A stretch of DNA of 64,000 bases from Amphiscolops sp. MND2022 (lineage: Eukaryota): positions 46,748,001-46,812,000 of the forward strand of contig OZ076421.1 of the NCBI GenBank assembly GCA_964187785.1, read 5' to 3'. Under the pieces are notes generated by a model. That model was not told where the DNA came from. It was given only the letters and a program-made list of their open reading frames with translations, and searched no databases. Shown one piece after another: positions 1 to 12,600 of this stretch; positions within the stretch are counted from its first letter, which is position 1, and each line of letters starts with the position of its first letter. The translations under genes were made by a program, and so were the position numbers.

Positions 1-1685
1 CGACAAAGTCAGATCCTGGAACACAGAAAGTTTTGTCATTTCAAAAGTGACACGTCCACCCCGATACCTTTACCAGAGCACCACGTAAACTCTGAAATTC
101 TTCATATTAGCAATGAAAACTGTTGATGACGTTCGAAACCTTATCCTACCTAGAAAATGCGTGAAAACTTATCAACATGAAAAACGGTTTCTTCCAAGAA
201 AGTAGCGAAATTAGCGAAAATTTTTTCAAAAGCCACTTCTTTCAAAATGGAGAAGAAATTGATCGAATTTAGAAGAATTAATCGAAGTTTTTCGATCAAC
301 CAAGGACAAACTCTAGGACAAACTCTAGAATTGACAGAGACGCTAAAACAAGAGACATTTATTAGTTCTTCCGAAATTCATCTAATCAAATGAAAGCCAT
401 GTAACGCTCACAGAAATGTTCAAACTGCAAATGAATACTGAAAATTTGATAAGTTTGTTAAGTGTATATGGAAGTTCAATAATCGTCTGCCCTTCCAAAA
501 AAAATTTAAAACTTTTTTACGAGTTGCTATCTAACTAAAGAACAAAGATGGCTGAAAAATTTAGTACCCCACACTTTGTGCTTCCAATGCGGTGTTGCCT
601 CCGAAACATTCATTTTCCTAGGCGTCTGAATGCCCAGTCACTAAAAATTTACGTACAATATTGCCAATACATAGCTGAAAATTTTTCTTCTCCAGGAAGT
701 CGTCCTTGAAAATGTGAAATTCTCAACAAGTGCAATAATATGTTCTTCGGCAGTGTTTCCAGTGACCTATCTTTTAGTACTTTTTTGCTTTCCATTACAT
801 TTTGCACTTTTTGATTTTCATCGTTAATCAACTGTCGGATGTATGTATTTATTCTAACAAGAACTGTTTGGTAAGAAAGATTCTACTGTCACTCGTGATA
901 TTTCGTGTTGCGAAACTTCCGACTGCGTTCCTATTTTGAGATCTACCATATGAACCAAACAAAAACAGGATGCACAAACAATTGCGCCTTCAGAATTGTA
1001 TTAATTGAAAACAAGTCCCTCCAAATCATTTGAAAGATTTGGGTCAATCGGTAAGGAAGTTCTTATTGAGTAATCTTATGTTCAACCCTCAGGACGATTA
1101 GAACCATCTGTAACAGCCTAAACGTCTTTACCAGTCTTTTCGTTTTCAATTTTGAAATGTGAAATTTTTTTCGATCCGAAGACAAGAAGACAAAATGTCG
1201 GTTCGAATGATTGTTTTTTTTTATTCATCGAGTAGTTTTTACTTATCACTTTTTTTTACAGATCCCATCACGTTATCAGTTGAAACTGCGATTGAGACAT
1301 CATCTGGATCCGACAGTGATATAGAATTCAAAGGCATATACGACGACGGAGGGATCTGCACCTTTGGATTTCTCAACAACGTCGGCGACGACAGAGAACT
1401 TGGACAGTTAGTCAGTTGAAATTCAACTCACAACATTGGTTAAATGTACAAACACGTTAATAAAGTTTGAGTAAACTCGGTACCAGATTTGAGAAGTCTT
1501 TCAGAAGGGTCATAAAACACATCAGAAGGTTAACTAACTTTTCAAAGTTCTCTTAAACGGGGTGTTTAAGCCGAGAATCAACTTCGAGTATCATATTTTT
1601 CCAGAGTATGGTCAGCCTGGAACCATAAACCTTTATGGTCCAGAGTATGATCAGCCTGGAATCATACTGTGAGTATGATGGCAGA

Positions 1686-2407
1686 TGTAACGTCAAGCTA
1701 ACAGCTACATTCTAGAACTGGGACAATGCCCAGGTTGCTTGAACAAGAGACCAGTGCCTTACTACAACCTAAACATCAGTTTTTAGTCCCAAAATGGTCT
1801 CAGTAGGGACTTTTCCAAAACGCCGTGGAGACTCCTCATATTAGAGCTCCGTGGCGACGTGCCGGCACACTCCAAGTCCGGACACGTCCCACAAGCCTGT
1901 AAAAACAATTCCTAATGTTCCTGCGTGTTCCTACATACCTCCGAGGTCCAAAAACAGGGTCTAGCTGAAACACATTTTATTGGGGGAATAAGTTCTAAAT
2001 CCACCAAAATAGGGATCTAGTAGACCCACTATCATCGCAAATCTGCTAAACAACATCAAAAACATCTAAATAAACTGAATTTATCACATTCGGGGTTTGT
2101 ATCCAGTCTTCAGGGTTCTTTGGGCAACCTTCGAAAAGATACTTCTTTCTTCTGGGTCATTTTCTGGGATAGATGGCACAAAACCGCGTTTTTGTGGCAG
2201 TTCTCAGTTCTTCTGGGGTCTCTGGCACTGTCCTCTGGGATTTCGAGGGTTTTTTCGGGGTTCTCGGGCTTTTTTCGGCTCTTTTTTGTCCTTTTTTGGG
2301 GACCTGCTAGGTCGGCCATTTTGAATGCTCTTATTTGATATCGCACACTTTTTGAATTTGAACGAAATTTTCAAAAATTGATATAACGACTTTTGCTGGA
2401 CGTTACA
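1686..2407 (-). repeat. 3' LTR of element A
   Basis: Identical to 15730-16451 except one base (C2025 vs T16069); terminal inverted repeat TGTAACGTC...GACGTTACA; AATAAA on the minus strand at 1976-1981. Confidence 0.97.
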
Positions 2408-2415
2408 TCCTCCCC
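2408..2415 (-). promoter_or_regulatory. Polypurine tract of element A
   Basis: Minus strand reads GGGGAGGA directly before the TG of the 3' LTR. Confidence 0.8.
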
Positions 2416-3691
2416 GGGCCGTAGTTTGTCGTCCTCGGCAAACGAGAGAGAATGATACATACCCAGCGGGTCCTTAGCAACATTGTTTCAATTCTTTACG
2501 TTGGATCTTACTACACAAAATTTTTACACTATTTTCGAAATATTTTGTTTTTGCAAAAGTCTCCTGCACTGTTTTTGTAGCACTTATTTATTAACATTCC
2601 AGAAGATAAAAATCAATTTTTCTAAAAACTCTTTCTATTCGTTCCAAGCTAGTTTAAAACTTCTTCTAAGGGGTGGTAATGTACGCGGCATTCCAAAAAT
2701 TTGCAAGAAAGCATGGTTGCAAGAATTCCGATTGCAGTTTTTCTTTTATTTCGGGCGGGGAGGCACCAAGTTGGGACCCACCTACCAGGTAGGGTACTAC
2801 AAAATGCACAATAGCACTTGAATCGGGTGTAATCAAAGCGTTACAATGCCAAATGAACAGCTCCAATATAGAAACACAGCATATAACACATCAAAGAAAA
2901 TCATCGAGAGTCCATTCAGTCCATTGTGTTCTGGTGCTTGTTTGGGATCCATTTCAGGTACTGCGCACATCTTGAATTCTAGGAGTTCACTCATCGTCTA
3001 CTCAAGTGTATGAAGTGCAGAACCAACATTTCTGAAGCCAACAACCATGTGGCTGGGACATATAACGCTATTCAGATTACAAATACGTGATAGTTTCTGG
3101 AACCGGTTCCGTATTGGGTGCTTCGTACCAATCACAGACTGAATCAATCGTTTGGAATCTGGTGGTTCGAACACCACTAAATTTGACTTTATATTCGTCT
3201 TCTGTCATGTACGGCTTCACCATTCCATAGTTGATAACAGCAGTTGGTCGACGGTGATCTGAGGACTACTATATCAGTTTCTTGTCGTTGTCAGTTGGAT
3301 CCACATTGCTCGGGATGCTGCATGGTAGCTCTCTCAACCAAGTGAAAGATTATTGCATTGTGTACAAACAAGAAACAATAGCATACTGCGTTAGCATTTA
3401 GCACCTGGGGTACAATCTGAGGATGTTGCGAGGATGTAATTGGGATGATGATCTGATACCGCGGAAGTATAGCGAAATAGGACACAACTGAAAGACGGGG
3501 AGCAGTCGTAGATTTAAAACATTTTTTGAATGAACGCGAACAATATACTCAAACGTTGAGGGGACAACTAATAAAACAATATTCACAATCCGCATTAAGA
3601 AACATCTATCAATTGGTTAAAACGACACATAGGCTTAAAAGAAGGCGAGTGGCCTTTCGAATGGCTGTTCCATAGTGCCACAGGGACTCAG

Positions 3692-6600
3692 TCAAGCTTT
3701 GGGCTTCAGTTGATTGAGGTGTTTTTTGACCAGTGCTATCGACACATATACCCGATCATGCAGAACTATGTCGACGCTGGAATCAATGAAATGATCTCTC
3801 AACATTGAATACCAAGCTGGTAGCATGTTGATAGACCTTTCGGGGTCATAAATAGGCAGATGTATTCGGGTGATTTGTGCTCGCTCGAGCTTCTGCACCA
3901 GGTCTGTCAGGCACAGATGTAGCACATCATGTAAAATAGGGTGTTTACTAGAGGCTCTGGTGACTAACAAAAACATCTCGTTGTTCCACGGCGCTGATGG
4001 TGATCTGGTGAGATGTACGGCCTTTCCCACGGCTGGACGTAGCCGGAAGATCTCTTCCTGGCCATATTCCCGAATGACATAACGCGCCATTGCTGAGTAT
4101 GACAGCAGGTCAGCCGGACAACATATTGCCACGGTATCCCGGGCTTGCAGAATGTCAGTTTCCTCGTAGGAAATCCATGACAGATAATTCGGTTTGACCT
4201 TCGGGTGTGTCGTCAACAGTTTTCCCGTGACGGTGCTTTGATTGTCTTGATTTGGTGTGAGATGATCCAGTATAGCTTTATGGTCTTGCCACACTGTTCT
4301 GCGTAAAGGTCGGTCTCCCAAATTTGTGCAAGACCAATCATGAACTACGGAGAGTGCTTCTAGCACGGTCACTGGGTTCTCGAACGCATACGTGTATTTG
4401 TCCAACAGGCGTATTTTAGTTTGCCGACAGAAAGTGATAGCTAGTAGCTGTAACCAATGTTGACTAAGGAATTTCCCGCGATAGATATCTGCTAGATGAA
4501 AACAAAGTGTGTCCTCGAACTCTACAAGTGTACGCAAGTTCTCCAAGCAAATCAATAGAGTTCCTGGATTCACTGGTGATGTTTCGTCCAAGGAGGTGAC
4601 TAATAGCCACCAACCAGCCGTTGGGTGATACACATCTCCAGGGGGGGAAGTCACACCATATTGTTGCCATAGCTTCTGCGCGGTGATACAGCGTACCATT
4701 GCTACTTTCGTGTCTTCTGGCTCTAGTTTTCCAAACACCATCGATGGTGGGAGTGGGGGTATGATGGCAGCCAGTGTGAATTCCAATCCACTCTTTTCTT
4801 GCCACGTCCACTCCTTAAATCGGTAGGTGGGACAGTCTGAGGACGATGTTTCTTGCATGGCTTTTAGTGTGGTTTCCAAGGGTGGAACCACACCTGGTCC
4901 AATGCTCGAGTAGGTTTTCTCTGTTGTTATGACGATATGATGTACTTGTGGTATATCCTGGTCCTTAGCCTGTATGGACCGGATTGTGTGTTGCATGTGG
5001 TCTTCAATTGCTTCGGTGTCAGCTGAGTCTGTGGCAGGAGCGTCCACTCCCCGGGCCAATCGCTTGTCCGGTGGTCTTCCCCTGATTAGGTTGAGGCAAC
5101 TACAGTTACGGGAACCGCAGGTTCCACACCTGTATCGTGGTGCTCTATTGCGTCGTAGCTGATAAGGTGGGGCTTGTGAAGGGGTTGGTTGCTCAGCTTC
5201 TCGTTGCTCTGGAGATATGCTTTCCGCTATGTTGGGTAGTGTCATTGCACGTTCCAAAGTTTGAAATTGAGCTCTGGTTCTTACTCGGCCTCTTGATCTA
5301 GTGTATGGTCTGTGTGCCCTTGTGAGTGCTCTGCTTGATGAAGTGGTACTTCCTCTTCTACGACCTGGAGGTCTGCCTCTTGGTCTGCCTCTTTTAGTTG
5401 CAGTTCTCCCTGATGAGGGTAATGTTTCCATGCTTTGACCGGGTTCTTGAGTTTCTCCACCAGTTCCTTCTTGGGGTTCGGCTTCCTCGGCAAGTTCTAG
5501 TTCTACCGAGCTACCAGCTCGAGAACTGAACAGTGGAAAATTACTCAATGTATCGGTTAAAGCCGGGTTGGAAAGCAATGGTGCTGAAGTTCCTGATGGC
5601 GAGGGTACCAGACTTGGTGCTGGTTCAGGCAAGACTTCCTCTTGATCGGAGTACAGTGGTTCGAGGTCGTCAATCTCAGGACAAACCATTGGTTGCTGGG
5701 TTTCTTCAATGGGTTGCTCTACTGGTTCTTGGTCAGATTCGGACTCAGATGGATATCCAAAGTGACTGAAGCGTCTACGTGGGATTCCTTGTTCCAATGC
5801 AGACTGAGTACGTGTCTGAATTGTGCGTGGCGGGACAGGCGCGGTTGGTTCCATTTCGAACGATGCCTCCGGCAGTTGTTCTGGAAGAAAGGAGTCTCGC
5901 GAGATGTCTGATGTTATTTCCTCATTACTTTCTTCCACATATGGATCTGCAATGATGGCTACATTTTGGTCTAACCCGAAGGGTTGATGTGCTGCCCAAT
6001 CCCACGGTGCTGGCACATGCTTCTTCAGGCGCTCGAAATGGACTTTTTGACCTGTATCCAAAACATATAGTCTTCCATCTTGCAACACATCCGTGACCTT
6101 GTGAGGTCCACGCCAGGCACGCAGAAGTTTGCGGGTACCACCCTTGGGAATTATATGGCAGAAGACCCAAACGGCATCACCCACGGCATGAGCTTTTGCC
6201 TTCAAATGCCTGTCGAACTTCTGTTTTTGTCGTACCTGCGCTTGATGAGTATTTCGGCGGACAAGCTCGTGGATTTCTTGTTGTCTAGCAAGCAGGTGCT
6301 CTACAAATTCTTCTTTGGATTCAAACTCTCGCGCTGCGAATTCTGGGTATATGAACGAGAGCGGAATGGATTTTTCTGCGCCATGTTGGAGCATGTACGG
6401 GGAAAATCCGGTTGTCGCATGTCTGGTCGAATTGTAGGCACCTAAGACTCCGTCTATGTGCTCATCCCAGTCAAGCATCCTGCGTGACGTATAGACTCGG
6501 AGCAAGGTGAGCAATGTTCGGTTCTGGCGTTCTACTAAACCGTTGCCTCTAGGATGAGCTGGAGTAGACGTTACTTTGGTTACTTGCGAAGCTTTCATCA

Positions 6601-9600
6601 ATTCTTGAGCAATTTCGGCAGTGAAGTTGGTGGCATTATCTGACTGCATCCTGGCAGGAGTGCCATGTCTCGCAAACCATTTGTTCAGGATAATCTTTGC
6701 AGTCGTCTGGGCGTCGTATTCATCATGTGCACATGGGATTGCCTCTGCAAATTTGGTGAAATGGTCGATGATGACTAGCAATCCATTATTTCCTGACGTT
6801 GTCTTGCACAATTTCAAATGGTCAAATTGCACCAGGTCATTAAAATTGCTGCTGTTGATACTTTGCAACGGATAACAAGGATTCCCAGCGGGATGCTTCG
6901 TCTGTTGGCATGTTAAGCAATGCTTAATGTGGTTGACTACATCACGCTTGATGCCTGGCCAAGTGTGGCGCTCTTGTATTCTTGCTAACACTTTGCCTAC
7001 GCCTTGGTGTCCTGACTCATCATGCGCTCTGTACAAGATTTCATGTTGATACAACTGGGGCATGACGATCATACACGGTCGTACGTGCATCGCGCGTTGC
7101 TGCGGAATGTAATTGACACATAAAATATCATTCTGGTTCAGGAACAGTAAGTCTTTCTTCTGATGATAGTATCGCTTGGCAAAGTCCTGCACGTCCTCGG
7201 GGAACAAGGTGTCATCCAATGGCTCGTTCTTCATGAGTTTCTTCAGCGCTAGAAGGTGTACATCTCTGTTTTGAGCTAAATGTAGATCCTTCAATCCACG
7301 CATTGTCGACTGATGCTCGTGAAGCTCAGTCCCAACTAGCCTAAGGACATCAGCTTGTTCTTGACACTGCATTGGCAATCTACGCAACGCTGGGTCGCGT
7401 TTGGTGGTGTCGAGACGTGCCGCTGGCACTTTGGTTGTTACGCTAAGGATACAATTTGGTCTGTCGTTTTCGGTTGATGTCGGAGTGTTTTCCCATTGCA
7501 CCTGTGGATACCACGGTATGGAGCTCAAAGACTGATCTGAGGTTAGATCCTCCTTTGGTGGCTTCTTTAAAATATACAGCACAGGGAGTTGTGCCCGAGC
7601 TTCGGGCGGAAGTTCCGGATGGTTTCGGATGAATTTTCCGTGTTTGTCAATATATGGCACAGTGGGGAGTTCTTCGTAGTCTTTCTGGGACATGAAGCTG
7701 AATCCCCTGCTCACTTCTGGTAGAGCTTCCACAATCTTCTCCCGATGCACGTAGTCATTGGTCCTTTTGCTAAGACCGTCTGCATTTCGGTGTTGCGTGC
7801 GTGGTCTGTGGATCGTCTTGAAGTGATATTGATCGAGGCGCGCAATCCAGCGTCCAATCATGGCCTGATCCATTGAATATGTCTTCAGCCACGAGAGAGC
7901 CTGGTTGTCCACGCGCAGCGTGAATTCCCGACCTGCAAGGTAGGAATGAAACTTCTCGATAAAATAGAATACTGCATACATTTCCAGCTTCGGGGCGCCA
8001 TAATTCATTTGTGTTCGAGTCAGTGACTTGCTGCCATAAACGATGGGACGAAGAATGGTTTTCCCATTGTGTTGTTGTTCTTGGTGCAGTATGCCGGCTA
8101 TAGCAACTGCACTGGCATCTGTGTCCAAAACAAAACGTCCTTCTTCGTTTGGCGCTGCCAAAGCTGTGGCATCGGCTAATGCCTGTTTCACTGAGTCAAA
8201 CGCTTCTTGATGTTTTTCTTTCCAGTAGAAGTGTTGGTTCTTCCTTAACAACTCCTGCATAGGTTGCACCTTAGCGGCGTGAAAAGGAATGAAGTCTCGG
8301 TAGTAGTTCGCAAATCCGAGGAAGCTCTGAAGCTCTTCTTTATTTCTCGGGGGCATCCATTCTTTGATTTTGCTAACAGCAGCCGGGTCTGGTTTTATGC
8401 CTTCGGCTGAGACTACCCGTCCGAGGTATTTGGTTTCAGTGCGCATGAAATCACACTTCTCGGCTCGCATCTTGAAACCTGCCTCTCTGAGACACTCGAA
8501 CACCTCTCTGATCCTCTCCAAATGATCTTCAATTGTTTCGGTGGCAATTACTATGTCGTCAATGTATGCCATGACAACACTTCCATGGCGTTGTTGAATC
8601 TTCTGAAGAGCTCTCGTGATCGACCGCTGAAATGTGGCCGATGCATTGCAAAGCCCAAAGGGCATTCGTCGCCATTCGAACAGTCCAAGCTCGCACGCGA
8701 ACGCGGTTTTTCTGCGATCACGTTTCTTCAGTGGAATCTGCCAAAAGGCCCACGCTAAGTCGATACTGGTGAAGATTTTTGCATTCGCGATCCTTGAAAG
8801 ACTTTCATCAATCCTGGGCAGTGGGAACGCGTCTTTCACTGTTACATCGTTCAGCGGGCGGAAGTCACAGCAAAAGCGAAGCTCGCCAGATTTCTTTTTC
8901 ACCATGACAATCCCACTAGCCCACGGCGAGTAAGAGGGTTGAATCAAACCTAGAGCTAACAAATTCTGCACTTCTTGGTTTGCTTTGGCTGCTTTGTCGG
9001 GAGACATGCGCCTTGCCCCTTCTCTGTGTGGTATAGCCTCCGGCTCTAGCTCTATGCGATGTTTCGCAATTTTGCATCGTCCTATGTCGGATTTATTTTT
9101 CATGAACAGGTCATCGTATTCACTCAAAACGCTCGCTAATTTGTCTCTCGCCCCTTCCCCCCAAGAAGAAAGGACGGAAGAGAGGTCGGGGCCTGGGATC
9201 GGCTTCAGCAATAGTGGATCTGTCCTTTTGCGTTTTCCATTTTCCGATAGGCCCATCTCTGACGGCTCAGTTGAAGACAAAAAGTTCTGTGCAAAGGAAC
9301 TAAACTCTGAACTCGTGTCCAAATCTAAGTCTCTGTGCACTTGATTCACAAATTCGGCTGAAAGCTTCGAAGCTTCACGACTGTCTTGAATGGGAACGGA
9401 GTTGAACACAAAATTGGTGAGCACCGCTTTCCCAACTACGGTTTGTTCCTTGATTCTTACCCCTTCTTTAGCAGTTTGGTTTCTTAGGGCTAAGAAAACT
9501 ACACCGTCTTCTCCCACGGAAGTAAGTGTATCTTCTGAATCAAACAATGAGTTGGACCTAATGCTACATGGGTGCACCATTACGTTACGAAAACGAAACT

Positions 9601-12600
9601 CGTTGGGCTGCTGCGTTATGATCTTCGCGCGCACAACTTTTCGTTCGAAAGGCCCTAAAGTAACCTCCTCGGCAGAAACAACGAATGATGGATCTTGGTC
9701 ACTGACCTCGTGAATTGCTTTGAAGATCCTAGGCGTTTCCGGGTTACGGATGGTTACTTTCATGGCTGCCAGGTCCACCAACACGTTGTATGTGCGCAAG
9801 AAGTTCCGACCCAGGAGAAAATCCTCTGAACCAATGTGGTCGGCTATGACTACAAAGTTGGTCTTCAGAGTATGTCCGCCAAGCTGAAAGCTTACGTCTT
9901 CGGCTATTCCAACGGCGGTGATGGTCTTGCCATTGGCAGCGAAGAGTTCAAGATCGTACGGTGACAGGTTCAGTTCATGCTGGGGTGCAATTTTCTTGTA
10001 CGCGCTCAATGAGAGGATGGAGACTCCCGAACCGGTATCTATCATGCCGAAGAGTGGTATCGGCTTTTGCAAAGTAGTTCCGAATGCAACGACTAGCGAG
10101 GCTCGCTCATCAATCTGGGCCTCTCCTTGTGCATCCTGCACTCCGATGTTATAACAGCGCAGTTCTTGCGTGCCCAAATACAGGCCTTGTGGAAAGTGTC
10201 CTTCCAGGACAACAATTGCATCGAATTTCATGTCAACCCCATCAACCGTGATCGCTATGGGGACTGGTGCGATTGTCTTGACCTTCTGTATTGGGGCTAG
10301 CTTAGTCTCGTCACTTCTGGTGAAATGTGGTAAGGGTCTTGAAGCTATGGTAAGATTGGTGTTGCGACAAAGTTCTTCTTTCAATTGAGCCAATGTAAGG
10401 TTGGGACGTGCTTTTTGTTCTGCTGATAATAACAGGTGGATAGAAATTAAAGTCTCAGTACAATCAGGTGCTGGGGCTTCAAGCGTCGTCAAGATTTGTT
10501 TTTCACCGCAAGTCACAACCACAGGACGTGAGGGGCCTCCTTCTTCTGAAATTGAGATCACCCGTATTTGATCATCAGTATCAATAATGTCCGCGGAATT
10601 CGCGACAGGGGCGTACCACGCCGCCTTCACTTGTTCTTCTGTTGCTGCATTCCCAGGCACCATGCATTCGGATGCAGTGTTGCCCGTGCAATCAAAAGTG
10701 ACGCGTAGTGTGGGCGGTGCTTGTGCTGGTAGTGCCGCAGGCACAACGTCGTTATTCATGCCCTGAGAGTTAGAAGGGCAAGACCATTCACCAGCTGGGT
10801 TTGTTCGACATGAAGTAACTAGTTGAGGTACTGGTTTGTGTGCGCGATCTTTCAAAGTGCAATCGGCAACAAAATGTGACGGGTCGCCACAATTGACACA
10901 CGCTCTAGATGGCTTCGGTGGTTGCTGTCGAACAGCCAGTGGCTGTGGAGGTAGCTGCCAATTAGGCGCTTGAGGAGCCGCTGCTAGTATCGGGTTTTGT
11001 TGTCTTGCAAGTAAAGGCTGTTGCTGTTGCTGAGGCGCTGGATAGTTCTCAGAGCGGATGGGGCCGCGCATATGCAAGTATTGTTGTACCGTGAACCGTA
11101 GTGCTTCCACTGTTGGAGGTGTATCCACGTACTGTTCTTGTGCGTACATGAGTGCGAGGTTTCGCTTCAACTCAAAGTTGCGTACCCCTTCAATGAACCT
11201 CTGCATGATTTCGTAACGCCTTACAGTAACGTCCTCGTTAGGAAAACCTTGGCTGCGCAAACCTTCAAGAGCGTCAAGATATTGCATATAGTCTTCGTTG
11301 TCGGACTGATTGCGTGTACGGAACTGCTGTTGTATTTGGAACTTGCTGGATCCGGTTCCAAATCGACGCGCTAGTAGCGCAAAGACTTTTTCATCCGTGT
11401 CGCGCTCAGCCTCGGATTTGTTCATGATGTAGTCTTGTGCCTCATTCTCTAGGAATTCAACGATGGTCCATGCTCTGTCCAGTGGAGTATCCTTTGCGTG
11501 TGCTTTCTCCAAATAACGTTTCATGAGCATTAGCCAACCATCTATTATCCCGTCGCGCGCACCGCGGTATTTCGTTGGCATATTTTTGGCTTCTTTTGCT
11601 GCTAGCAATGGTTCCAAACCTTTGGACATCGCGGTTGTTATCGCTTCGGCTAACGTTTGCCCATGTATCGTGTTCGGTGTATTGCCTTTTGCAGCCTCTT
11701 CTACTGTCTCTGGATTCAAGTTTCTTTGGTCGAGCTTCGTCCTGCTCTGGCGCTGAACTATTTCTCTATTGGTGGGTTGCTGAATTGAAGATGCATTATC
11801 AGATGGTGCGTTCGCAGGATTTAGTGCCACCGGCACAGGTGAAGGACGACTTGGTACCGTCGCCACTACAGCTTTTACCCCTAGGGTCAACTCTTGAACT
11901 GTAGTCATGAGGTCCACCATGCGCTTGTCGACATCTAAGTCTCTGCGATGCATAGTTTCGGAAATGAGCGTCAGTCGTTCATCGGCTTGTTGATCTCTTT
12001 GCGCCATTATCGCAGTCATTTCCGATATGAGCTTTTCAGTTAAACTCTTGACTGATGTGATTGAGGTTTCCGTTTTGTCCTGATTGATGTACCCTTCCGT
12101 CTTGTTAGCAACGGCGTTTCTACTAGCAGCAAACACAGGAACTCCGGAACCCAGCGGGTCCACATCCAGACTCATTTGTGGTGTAATCTCTCCGAAGGCC
12201 GTGCCTGCATTCATGTTCTCTACCCATTTACTGATGTCCGAGCTTTTAGCTTGTTCTCCATTCGAATTTGGCCAATCTCCCCAATCAATCGCAGAGTTGT
12301 TCATGGGAGGCCAGACGTTACCACAGTTCATGGCAGTGCCATTTACAAAGTTAGCGCTATCGGAAGATGCCCGAGAGTGGTTTAGTTGGCTGAAGTATGC
12401 CATTTGCGAGTTTTGATCAGCGATGGACACATTATCCGACATGACGTCGTATAAAAACATGTTTGCAATCATGTCATCCGCTGCTATCTCAGCACGTGCA
12501 CTAAGCCTAGATAACTCCTCTACATCGCTTGCAAATGGATTCGTAGCGTGGAAGCCACTAGACTGCCTGTTCGACTCATTCAAAGACTTCAGATACTCAA

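Noticed and set aside
1159-1440. Possible host exon (Ser/Pro-rich frame on the minus strand, or the 86-aa plus ORF)
   Set aside because: No recognisable domain, no convincing splice pair and no neighbouring exons.
2097-2346. 72-78 aa ORFs inside the LTRs of element A (also at 16141-16454)
   Set aside because: Overlapping frames on both strands arise from a T-rich, low-complexity tract; no recognisable motif.
4830-6000. Chromodomain after the integrase of element A
   Set aside because: No chromodomain aromatic-cage pattern was seen; the region is acidic, Pro-rich and low in complexity.
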